Of a DNA stretch of 64,000 nucleotides, positions 18,918 through 26,936 are shown one piece after another. The notes beneath the pieces were generated by a model, which did no database searches, was not told the DNA's origin, and worked only from the letters and a program-made list of their open reading frames with translations. The DNA lies in contig JBBAAQ010000006.1 in assembly GCA_041658255.1 (NCBI GenBank), forward strand, positions 1,005 to 65,004, in the 5' to 3' direction. This DNA is from Candidatus Woesearchaeota archaeon. GTDB lineage: Archaea; Nanobdellota; Nanobdellia; Woesearchaeales; UBA9642. Numbering within the stretch: position 1 is the stretch's first letter; each line of letters begins with the position of its first letter. The translations under genes were made by a program, and so were the position numbers.

Positions 18918-19598
18918 ATGAATACCGTAGTCTTATTTTCCGGAGGCAAGGATTCTGCAATGGCGTTATTTCAAGCCATGCAATTCTCGCAAGTGAAATG
19001 TCTTATCAGTATCCAGTCTGAGAATCCTGAAAGTTATATGTTTCATACACCAAATATTCATCTCGTCGAGAAACAGGCAGAAGCAATCGGGATTCCCATT
19101 ATTATTCAGCAAACAAAGGGTGTGAAAGAAGAAGAACTCGTCGACTTGAAACACGCAATAACAAAGGCAATGCAAGAATATCACATCGAAGGTGTCGTGA
19201 CTGGCGCTATCGAATCAGTCTATCAGGCATCACGCATCCAAAAGATATGTGATGAACTCAAGATTGAATGTTTTAATCCACTCTGGCAGAAAGATCAATT
19301 TGCAGTACTCAAAGAATTAGTATTACTCAATTTTGAAGTGATGATTGTCGGAGTATTTGCCGAAGGTTTTGATAAGTCGTGGCTCGGACGAACTATTGAT
19401 GCAAATATGATAGTAGAATTACAAAAGCTTCACAATAAATTCTTACTCAATCCCGCATTTGAAGGTGGAGAAGCAGAAACTATGGTCTTATTTGCACCGT
19501 TCTTTAAAAAGCGGCTAAGTATAAAAAAAGCGAAAAAAATTATGTATACTGAACATTCGGGTATCTATCAAATCGATGAATTAGTCTTTGTCGACTAA
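18918..19598 (+). CDS. PP-loop ATP pyrophosphatase, MJ0570/Dph6-like (diphthine-ammonia ligase family)
   Basis: VLFSGGKDS PP-loop, plus ESYMFHTPN and EGGEAET motifs as in the MJ0570/PF0828 family. Confidence 0.75.
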   Translation: MNTVVLFSGGKDSAMALFQAMQFSQVKCLISIQSENPESYMFHTPNIHLVEKQAEAIGIPIIIQQTKGVKEEELVDLKHAITKAMQEYHIEGVVTGAIESVYQASRIQKICDELKIECFNPLWQKDQFAVLKELVLLNFEVMIVGVFAEGFDKSWLGRTIDANMIVELQKLHNKFLLNPAFEGGEAETMVLFAPFFKKRLSIKKAKKIMYTEHSGIYQIDELVFVD

Positions 19599-19706
19599 TT
19601 GATATACCCCATAACGCAACCGGATAATTTTTTTATTCTTAAGATATCGATGAAGATAACAAGACGGACTTGCATGAATTATGTAACTGTATTTATATTT
19701 CTAAAA

Positions 19707-19991
19707 TTAATATATTACTTGTACTGGCGCAAGATATGCAAATAGCAGAAATAAAAGAATCATTGTAATAATCGAAATAACACCAATAAGTACAAGCGAT
19801 AGCTTGATTTTTCCTTTTTTCTCTGAAAAAAACAATATTCCGAATAGGATTATTCCAATAATAACTGCAAATATGATATGTGGTGTCAGAAATTGCAGTT
19901 CAGTGCCAAAAATAGTGTAAAAATTATCCCACGGACCCATACATCCTAATGGATCAACATTACATCCCTGATGGTACTCAACAATGCTCAT
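19707..19991 (-). CDS. small membrane protein
   Basis: Two hydrophobic helices. Starts 1 nt after the stop of the upstream HTH gene. Confidence 0.45.
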   Translation of the reverse strand: MSIVEYHQGCNVDPLGCMGPWDNFYTIFGTELQFLTPHIIFAVIIGIILFGILFFSEKKGKIKLSLVLIGVISIITMILLFLLFAYLAPVQVIY

Positions 19992-19992
19992 G

Positions 19993-20655
19993 TTATTCCT
20001 TTTTCACCCACAAATATACCAAGTAGATAATAATTATTGAGAGTGCAATGATGAGGAAGAGTGCGATTGGGCTTGACTGCATGAACGATCGTGATAATTC
20101 GGTTGCAGTCTGCGGCGCAGCTTCCAATGATTTTATGACCACGACTTGGCTTGCTTCAGTTGCGACATTATCTGCACTGTATGCCGCCATTTTTGCAGAA
20201 CCCGCAAATGCACTTTTCTGGATGAGTGCATATAATTGCATGATGAATCCGACAACTGCAGTGATGACGACGAGTGGGATAATCTTTTTGAGTGCATCCA
20301 TAAATTTATTGTTTTCAGTTCGAGGAGCAATAATAATATATTTATTTGCAAGCTTGTAATGATTGATCTCTTTACCTTTGCTGCTGTAATGGAATTCGTC
20401 AACGATAACAAGGCCGGCTTCCTGAAGTTGTTTAAGATTATAATGGACTGTAGAGATAGGCATCCCGAGATCTTTACTGATCTCTGATTCTGTTGCATCC
20501 TTTTTTGTGAGATGATTAATAATTTTTCGCGCAGTATCACTACTGATGACTTCAGCAATTTTTTTTGTCTTATGCTCTTCAAGCGAGATGAGGAGGAAAT
20601 TCTTATCCATTTGATCTCCGGAATTATTTTTCTGCATATTTGATGTGATATCCAT
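19993..20655 (-). CDS. ArsR-like winged-HTH regulator with C-terminal transmembrane segments
   Basis: HTH segment ESEISKDLGMPISTVHYNLKQLQEAGLV. TM-like segments IIPLVVITAVVGFIMQLYALI and IALFLIIALSIIIIYLVYLWV. Confidence 0.6.
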   Translation of the reverse strand: MDITSNMQKNNSGDQMDKNFLLISLEEHKTKKIAEVISSDTARKIINHLTKKDATESEISKDLGMPISTVHYNLKQLQEAGLVIVDEFHYSSKGKEINHYKLANKYIIIAPRTENNKFMDALKKIIPLVVITAVVGFIMQLYALIQKSAFAGSAKMAAYSADNVATEASQVVVIKSLEAAPQTATELSRSFMQSSPIALFLIIALSIIIIYLVYLWVKKE

Positions 20656-20736
20656 AGCTCAGAATGAAGCCTTGGTATTTAAATATGTTTTTGATTTCAA
20701 GTATAATGGAAGTTATATTTGGTGTAAAACGAAGTT

Positions 20737-21276
20737 TTATTTTCCACTCAAATTGAACTCATCATACACGGAGTGGATATACCATTCATTCTTTGTGAGA
20801 AAATAAAGTAATTTATCGTTTGTGTCGCATGGTTCCTTATTCGCATCTGTAACCAGTTGTTTATTATGCCAAAGTATATCCACGGATATAATCGTATTCT
20901 TATGAGTATATACTGAGGAGGTTTTTGGTGTTGTTGGAAATCTGTAAATGTTTGTTCCTGTTTCAGGTTTCAACTGTTCGAGACTTTTTAAATGATCGAC
21001 AATTGAATCCAATGATTCTTTGTTTGCGGCATAATCGAGTTTCATCGTCCACATCGGCAGTACTGACTTATTTAGGGACGCAGATATAAACCCCCTTTGC
21101 AGTTTTCCCGAATAACATACATACATCATAAGCGGACTTGTGGGCAGATACTCTTTGAGTATCTCGCAATTTCTCGGAACAGTTTCATTGAGATAATCAA
21201 TCCAGATATTTGCTTTTGGCGTATGCTCCTTTGGTTTTTCCTGCAATATATCGTGTAGATGAATAATTGTGATCAT
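20737..21276 (-). CDS. hypothetical protein
   Basis: Non-overlapped ORF with ATG at 21276. Confidence 0.45.
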   Translation of the reverse strand: MITIIHLHDILQEKPKEHTPKANIWIDYLNETVPRNCEILKEYLPTSPLMMYVCYSGKLQRGFISASLNKSVLPMWTMKLDYAANKESLDSIVDHLKSLEQLKPETGTNIYRFPTTPKTSSVYTHKNTIISVDILWHNKQLVTDANKEPCDTNDKLLYFLTKNEWYIHSVYDEFNLSGK

Positions 21277-21332
21277 GGACAAGAGATAGCCAAACCCTAT
21301 ATAAATATTTTGCTTCCCGCGAGTGGTTATTT

Positions 21333-21860
21333 ATGGAAATATTTTTAAATACGCCTGCCTTTTCGGTTTTAATGGCGCCTCCGATTCCATTCAGAAGTAC
21401 AACAATCGAGGATAATATCACTTTAGTTTTTGATGAGTATTCGCCTGAAGGTACAGAACCAGGATATAAGCAGTATCGACTCCACGTAAAGGATCCTCAT
21501 ACGGCATCCTCCAAACATTCTTATGTACGAAATGTTTTGAGTAAATTATTTTCGCGGCTTAATGGGTCAAATCCACACAAGAATAACTGTTTTATTATCG
21601 CAGAAGAAAACACTTCAGAAATGCCAAAATCACTTGTCGATAAATTGAGTCCTGAGACTGACTATTTAGATGGATCTCTTCCTACTAAAATATTTGATAC
21701 CCAAATTCTTGAGGTTATGCATGTTCCTGGAGAAAAAACTCCAAAAGGAAATGCGACAATAAATATTATGGTCTCGTACACACAAAAAGTATACACCGGG
21801 GGTCAGATAACAGTAAAAGAAAAGACTTCTGTATGTAAATACGTGATGCCCACAAAATAA
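21333..21860 (+). CDS. hypothetical protein
   Basis: Non-overlapped ORF, divergent from 20737-21276. Confidence 0.45.
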   Translation: MEIFLNTPAFSVLMAPPIPFRSTTIEDNITLVFDEYSPEGTEPGYKQYRLHVKDPHTASSKHSYVRNVLSKLFSRLNGSNPHKNNCFIIAEENTSEMPKSLVDKLSPETDYLDGSLPTKIFDTQILEVMHVPGEKTPKGNATINIMVSYTQKVYTGGQITVKEKTSVCKYVMPTK

Positions 21861-21862
21861 TT

Positions 21863-22288
21863 CTATCCAAAGAATTCATCAATTGCTTTTATCGCATCTT
21901 GCGGTGTTTCATAGGTTACGACTGAAACATCAGATGATCCTGCAATCATTGCAGAAAGTCTTTTCCCTTCTTGTGGTCGATAGAGACAGAGAATGCGTTT
22001 ATGATGTTCTATTGCTCTTCCAATTTCATAACCGACACCCAGGGATGGCATCGAGACTTCTGCAACAACAACATCAGATTCAAGTATCCATTTAAAATCT
22101 CTCTCATGGATATATTCATCACTCAGACCATCTTCGCCACGAACACTCAATTTTTTATCGCCGACATGTTCAGTCAGGACGGTTCCGAATTTTCTTAAGT
22201 GTGCAATGATCTGAAGGTATAATGCTACATCATCCCTTCCTCCACGAATTGAACCTGCAAAATAGATGTTCATACGATATGAGAGCAT
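21863..22288 (-). CDS. 2'-deoxynucleoside 5'-phosphate N-hydrolase (DNPH1/Rcl-like)
   Basis: IYFAGSIRGGRDD, FGTVLTEHVGD, VVVAEVSMPSLGVGYEIGRA and RILCLYRPQEGKRLSAMI align along the whole length with the remembered human DNPH1 sequence. Confidence 0.75.
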   Translation of the reverse strand: MLSYRMNIYFAGSIRGGRDDVALYLQIIAHLRKFGTVLTEHVGDKKLSVRGEDGLSDEYIHERDFKWILESDVVVAEVSMPSLGVGYEIGRAIEHHKRILCLYRPQEGKRLSAMIAGSSDVSVVTYETPQDAIKAIDEFFG

Positions 22289-22326
22289 GGTCTTGTTTAT
22301 AAAATTTACTTCGAGTCAATATTTTC

Positions 22327-22797
22327 TTACGTATCATCATACGGATCTTTAATCAATCCTACTTCACGTTCTTTTTGTAATGCCGCATGATGTGCAACCC
22401 AGTAATTGATACCCTTCTTCATGAGTTCGTATTCAGTGATCTCGTGGAGAATTGTACTTTCAAAAAAATTCTTTGAAACGTTCTGCCCCCTTTTCTTTAC
22501 CTTGCATGGGCAAAGCGTCATTTCATTAATCCCTTCAGACGGGTGATGGGTTTCAATCCAGATTTCATCGAGGGGGATGAATTCGTGGACGAATCCGTGA
22601 CCCCCATGAGTAAAATATGCGCAGAGATTGTTGCGGATCCATTTTCCATTAACTACATAAATCTTATAGGATGACTCTTTGCGTAAGAATTTTTTCCAAG
22701 AACCGGTGAGTCTGAAAGAATGATCTTTCTTTTTTGCACGTGATTGAATTTCTACCTCAAGTTCTCTCCATAATGTATTGCGGGTATCAGGAATCAT
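22327..22797 (-). CDS. hypothetical protein (His-rich; HEITE motif)
   Basis: The track ORF runs to 22965, but its first ~23 codons (22898-22965) overlap the RNase P RNA gene. The first ATG clear of it, with a TATA-like box about 25 nt upstream, is at 22797. Confidence 0.45.
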   Translation of the reverse strand: MIPDTRNTLWRELEVEIQSRAKKKDHSFRLTGSWKKFLRKESSYKIYVVNGKWIRNNLCAYFTHGGHGFVHEFIPLDEIWIETHHPSEGINEMTLCPCKVKKRGQNVSKNFFESTILHEITEYELMKKGINYWVAHHAALQKEREVGLIKDPYDDT

Positions 22798-22867
22798 ACG
22801 CCGGAGAAATAAGAGGGTATTTATTAAGATTGTTGTCAGATATTCTTGCTCATGATTCTGCGCTACA

Positions 22868-22875
22868 TTTATAAA
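22868..22875 (+). promoter_or_regulatory. TATA box for the RNase P RNA gene
   Basis: tttataaa lies 23-30 nt upstream of the predicted 5' end at 22898. Confidence 0.5.
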
Positions 22876-22897
22876 CACCTCTTTCTTCCTCTTTTTC

Positions 22898-23219
22898 GTA
22901 GGGTAGTACTTGGCAGCGGGTGTCAATGCTTCAAGGCAACGATGCTCAGGAAAGTCCGCCCACAATTAAAAGGCCACTCATGGAAGTGAGTTCGCTAATA
23001 ACGAAGGCAACCGCTCAGAAACGTTCCTCGTATTTTAGGGATGATGGAGAAGGCTCAACTGGCGACAGGAGGGCAATTCCTGACGACGAAATACGGATGG
23101 TTGAAACGACGAGCCCTGGTTTGTGCAACTCGAATTACGAGGCTTAGTTGAATGCCAAGAAGAATTGTTCATGATGCAAATCGTGAAGTTCTACAGAAGG
23201 CGGCTTATCGCTACCCTAC
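22898..23219 (+). ncRNA. rnpB: RNase P RNA, archaeal type
   Basis: CR-I AGGAAAGTCCGCCC (about 22948-22961). CR-V ACAGAAGGCGGCTTAT (23193-23208). P1 helix gtagggtag (22898-22906) pairs with ctaccctac (23211-23219). A GC-rich island in AT-rich DNA, about 322 nt long. Confidence 0.88.
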
Positions 23220-23237
23220 ACCTTTTTTATTCTTATC

Positions 23238-23852
23238 ATGAACAAAACAGATTATTTTATTGAAATCTTTGAGAAAGTCGAGAAGGCTTATGGCGCGTCG
23301 GAGAAACGGCTTGCAAGCGATGGATGGAATTATGACTGGCAAACACTCATTGTGACGATTATGTCTGCGCAATCGCGGGATGAGACGACAATTCCAATTG
23401 CAACGACGCTTTTCAAAAAATATAAGACGCTCCGATCTCTTGCGAATGCGAAGTATGATGATGTTCTTCACGTCTTAAAATCCCTCAATTATAATCGCAG
23501 CAAATCTAAACACGTGATTGCTGCAGCAAATTATCTTCTCAATGAATTTAATGGAAAGGTTCCTGATACGATTGATAAACTCATCAAGATACCTGGCGTC
23601 GGACGAAAGACCGCAAATTTAGTTTTAAGTGAAGTGCATAAGAAAGACAGTATAACAGTCGATGTTCATGTACATAAAATTTCTAATTTATTAGGATTCG
23701 TAAATACTAAGAATCCGACTCAAACAGAGTTTGCGCTTATGAAATTAGTCCCTCGAAGGCATTGGTCGAGGATTAATCGTTTGTTCGTTTTATGGGGGAA
23801 AGACGTTCCTGGAAGGGATAAACAAAAATTTCTTAATAGATTAAAACATTAG
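23238..23852 (+). CDS. nth: endonuclease III-like HhH-GPD DNA glycosylase lacking the C-terminal Fe-S cysteine cluster
   Basis: HhH motif IPGVGRKTANLVL and catalytic-region motif VDVHVHK. The last 40 residues contain no Cys. Confidence 0.75.
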   Translation: MNKTDYFIEIFEKVEKAYGASEKRLASDGWNYDWQTLIVTIMSAQSRDETTIPIATTLFKKYKTLRSLANAKYDDVLHVLKSLNYNRSKSKHVIAAANYLLNEFNGKVPDTIDKLIKIPGVGRKTANLVLSEVHKKDSITVDVHVHKISNLLGFVNTKNPTQTEFALMKLVPRRHWSRINRLFVLWGKDVPGRDKQKFLNRLKH

Positions 23853-23869
23853 TTCGAGTGACTTTAGCG

Positions 23870-23967
23870 TTATAGCAAATAACATTAATATTCGGATACT
23901 GCGATGTTATTTGCTAGATAGTAAATCGCTTTCACATATATCCGAAAATCAAAGCGATTTACTATAG
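23870..23967 (+). repeat. 98-nt twin-hairpin MITE-like element, copy 2
   Basis: 93/98 identical to 16405-16502. All 5 differences fall in the two loops. Confidence 0.75.
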
Positions 23968-24014
23968 CTGAATGTCGCTCATTCTTTCCGAGGTTTTAGT
24001 AAAAACCTCTGGTT

Positions 24015-24059
24015 GGCAAGGATGTTTCTGGAAGGGATAAGGAGAAATTCTTGGAACAC
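24015..24059 (+). repeat. displaced degenerate copy of the nth 3' coding end (compare 23796-23840)
   Basis: Codon-by-codon alignment: GKDVPGRDKQKFLNR vs GKDVSGRDKEKFLEH, 30/45 nt identical, with a 17-nt core differing at one position. Confidence 0.5.
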
Positions 24060-24060
24060 A

Positions 24061-24555
24061 TCACCCCATCGGCAATTCCTTCCATTTATACAATCGCGTG
24101 AATATGAAGCTTTGCCAATCTTTGATGATCTTACTATATTTGGTCTTTATGCGATGTGATACTGATTCAAATTCATCACTGTCCTTTGTCCAGAATGCGA
24201 TTTTGAGATCATAATTGCCGGTTATCTTTTCAATAGCGATAATGTTCGGATGTGTCATGAGATATCCTAAGAATTCTTCCCACTCTTTTTGTGTATAGTT
24301 CCACGTCGATATCATGATGACTGCATAGATGTTGTAGCCAAGTTTCTGTTTATTGATACTGACGGTGAATTTCTCTATGACCCCATTCTTTACGAGTTTA
24401 TTCATGCGGTACCGTACAGTCTCGTGGGATAATTTGACTTTACGTGCAAGACTGAGTATAGGAATTCGTCCCTCATCCTCGAGTATTTTGATGATTTCAA
24501 TATCTTTAGCATCAAGAACTAGTACTTTTTCATAAGTTTTAGTATCTTTTGCCAT
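24061..24555 (-). CDS. Lrp/AsnC-family transcriptional regulator
   Basis: HTH segment LDAKDIEIIKILEDEGRIPILSLARKVKLSHETVRYRMNKL plus a RAM-like C-terminal half. Confidence 0.8.
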   Translation of the reverse strand: MAKDTKTYEKVLVLDAKDIEIIKILEDEGRIPILSLARKVKLSHETVRYRMNKLVKNGVIEKFTVSINKQKLGYNIYAVIMISTWNYTQKEWEEFLGYLMTHPNIIAIEKITGNYDLKIAFWTKDSDEFESVSHRIKTKYSKIIKDWQSFIFTRLYKWKELPMG

Positions 24556-24645
24556 TTTAACTACGTTATTTAAGATATTAATATATAAACTTCACTATAT
24601 TTAATAAGAAAATAGTAAATGATTTAAAATAATCAATATAAGGTG

Positions 24646-25245
24646 ATGGATATGGCAATGATGCGACGCAGACAAACGTTATTTGATGTGTATGAGGTAC
24701 TTGTTTCTGGAGGATATTATGGTGCAGATGAGGCAACAACTGAACGCACATTCAAAGGTTCTTATCCGATACGGGATTTAGCACAGCAAGAAGTGGATCG
24801 TCTCTATGAGATTGAGCGCAAGAGTTGGCGTGCAAAACAGGGGATTAGTGCGATGTATATTGTATCTCCAAAAACAATTTTTGTAAACCAAAATCAAGTC
24901 TGGCAACCTAAACCAGAATATTTTGTACATCTTGACGAAGTTGACCCCATACCTGATACCTGCGGCGAAATTAGGGAATTACTCTCTACAGAGACAATGA
25001 GTCATGCGTACGTGAAATTGCGTGGCATCGCAAAGGAGCATAAACATGAAGTCATGGACGAAGTCTATACCATCATCAAAGGCGCAGGATATCTTACCAT
25101 CGCAGGAAACAAGTATGAAGTTGATGTCGGAGAAACCATTGCGATTCCTAAACATGAATGGCATTATCTTGAGTCAAAAGGAGGATTAGAATTACTTGTA
25201 GTTACGTCCCCACGATTTGATCCGAAGGATGTGATACTAAAATAA
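24646..25245 (+). CDS. cupin-domain protein
   Basis: C-terminal cupin-like motifs HKHEVMDEVYTIIKGAG and GETIAIPKHEWHYLE. Confidence 0.5.
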   Translation: MDMAMMRRRQTLFDVYEVLVSGGYYGADEATTERTFKGSYPIRDLAQQEVDRLYEIERKSWRAKQGISAMYIVSPKTIFVNQNQVWQPKPEYFVHLDEVDPIPDTCGEIRELLSTETMSHAYVKLRGIAKEHKHEVMDEVYTIIKGAGYLTIAGNKYEVDVGETIAIPKHEWHYLESKGGLELLVVTSPRFDPKDVILK

Positions 25246-25287
25246 CTCTTTTATGTTCGGTTTTCCGTAAACTATTAAATACCCTAT

Positions 25288-25995
25288 ATGTTCTTGATTG
25301 GTATGGATATTCAGATATTTCATGGAATTGAAGGTGCCAAACAGGCCCGGGGACTTGCGGTTGTTATCGATGTCTTTCGCGCATTCTCTGTCGCGTGTTA
25401 TGCTTATGCGGCTGGCGCAGAGAAAATTATTCCCGTCGCAGATCTCGATCTTGCGTATGCATTAAAAAAACAGTATCCCGAATATGTGCTTATCGGTGAA
25501 CGTCATGCGAAAAAGCCCGAAGGATTTGACTATGGAAATTCTCCGGTAGACATTGAACGCGTCTCTTTTGATAAGAAAACAATAATTCACACCACTTCTG
25601 CAGGAACTCAAGGGATTATTAATGCGTCAGGCGCTGATGAAATCATTACTGGAGCATTCGTCAACATCGGTGCAGTGATACGGTATATCAAATTATACTC
25701 TCCTCAAACGCTTTCATTAATCTGTACAGGATTATACGGAGTACAACCTGATGAAGAAGACGATTTTTGCGCCCAATACATCAAAAATTCTCTTGAGGGA
25801 AAAACAAATGATTTTGCAGCGATTGTCAGTCATCTCCGTCATTCAAAGGCAGGACTTGATTTCTATGATGAAACAAAGACATGGAAGCCTGAACGGGATT
25901 TTGACTTATGTCTGTCCCTCAATAAATTTAACTTTGTATTAAAAGCAGAGCGTGATGCCGCAGATATGATTTATTTCAAGAAGATTTATCTGTGA
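25288..25995 (+). CDS. comB: 2-phosphosulfolactate phosphatase family (ComB-like)
   Basis: VVIDVFRAFS and IGERHAKKPEGFDYGNSP match the remembered ComB family signatures. Confidence 0.6.
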   Translation: MFLIGMDIQIFHGIEGAKQARGLAVVIDVFRAFSVACYAYAAGAEKIIPVADLDLAYALKKQYPEYVLIGERHAKKPEGFDYGNSPVDIERVSFDKKTIIHTTSAGTQGIINASGADEIITGAFVNIGAVIRYIKLYSPQTLSLICTGLYGVQPDEEDDFCAQYIKNSLEGKTNDFAAIVSHLRHSKAGLDFYDETKTWKPERDFDLCLSLNKFNFVLKAERDAADMIYFKKIYL

Positions 25996-26058
25996 TTTCT
26001 TGTAATGGAATAAGACATTTTCCACAATCTTTTTAAAACCATTCTCTTTTCTTGAGCT

Positions 26059-26235
26059 ATGGCACATGATAAGATTTCAATGCCGTCAAGCGGCGCAGGA
26101 CTGACACGGTTCTTTGATGATTATAAGAGTAAAATTGAGATTAAACCAGAGCATGTCTTGGTTCTCATCATCCTCGTTATTGTCCTTGAACTCATCCTGA
26201 ATTGGCAAGGAAATGCGTGGTTTGGACTCGCATAA
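26059..26235 (+). CDS. secG: preprotein translocase subunit Sec61-beta (archaeal SecG)
   Basis: A 58-aa ORF below the track cutoff: MAHDKISMPSSGAGLTRFFDDY... followed by a single C-terminal TM, VLVLIILVIVLELIL. Confidence 0.75.
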   Translation: MAHDKISMPSSGAGLTRFFDDYKSKIEIKPEHVLVLIILVIVLELILNWQGNAWFGLA

Positions 26236-26250
26236 ATTCTCCGGTTTACC

Positions 26251-26604
26251 ATGATGCCGAATATTAATCCCCGACAGATGCAGCAGATGATGCGAAAGAT
26301 GGGTATTGATCAGGAAGACTTAGATGCAAGTGAAGTCATCATCAAATGTCCTGATAAGACAATCCGGATCACCAATCCTTCTGTGCAACGCGTCAAGATG
26401 CAAGGATCCATCAATTATCAGATTTCCGGACCAGAAACCATTGAAGCGCCCGACGCTAAGGAAGAATCGACTATTTCTGACGATGATATCGAAACAGTCA
26501 TGGAACAGACGAGTTGTTCACAGGACGAAGCAACTGCTGCACTCGAAGAGACGAATGGCGACATTGCAGAAGCGATCCTTAAACTCAGTGAAGGAAAGAA
26601 TTAA
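26251..26604 (+). CDS. nac: nascent polypeptide-associated complex protein (NAC)
   Basis: N-terminus MMPNINPRQMQQMMRKMGI, a NAC domain, and a C-terminal UBA-like segment EATAALEETNGDIAEAILKL. Confidence 0.85.
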   Translation: MMPNINPRQMQQMMRKMGIDQEDLDASEVIIKCPDKTIRITNPSVQRVKMQGSINYQISGPETIEAPDAKEESTISDDDIETVMEQTSCSQDEATAALEETNGDIAEAILKLSEGKN

Positions 26605-26804
26605 TTTTTCTAGAATGGGAGATCGTCCTCATTAAGAGCGGTAATGATTTCGTTAATCGCAATTTGTTGTTGTTCTTCAAATAATTCTCTTGTATTGTTG
26701 AATATATTTATTTTAATTTTAGCATCTATTCTGTTATATGTTGGAGGGGGATATGTTGGTTTGGTGTAGTGTACTGTCAATTGGTTTTTCGAATCATTGT
26801 AAGT

Positions 26805-26870
26805 CGATAACTATAAATAATCATAACTATACTCACAGACAATAATATTTATACTAAATGTTGTCTGTTC
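26805..26870 (+). repeat. 66-nt direct repeat, left copy (partner 28449-28514)
   Basis: 64/66 identical. Contains an internal hairpin, acagacaa-N18-ttgtctgt. Confidence 0.85.
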
Positions 26871-26936
26871 GTAATAAACAAATGACATTTTCGTATAAAA
26901 ATTGTGTCATTTGCTATATTTATGATCGCATGAATG

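Noticed and set aside
22798-22965. N-terminal 56-residue extension of minus-strand ORF 22327-22965
   Set aside because: Its start (22898-22965) overlaps the RNase P RNA and the rest runs through that gene's promoter region. A start at 22797 with its own TATA-like box is more plausible.
22920-23147. 75-aa plus-strand ORF (MSMLQGNDAQESPPTIKRPL...)
   Set aside because: It lies entirely inside the RNase P RNA gene. Its GC-rich, Gly/Arg/Asp-rich translation is an artefact of the structured RNA.
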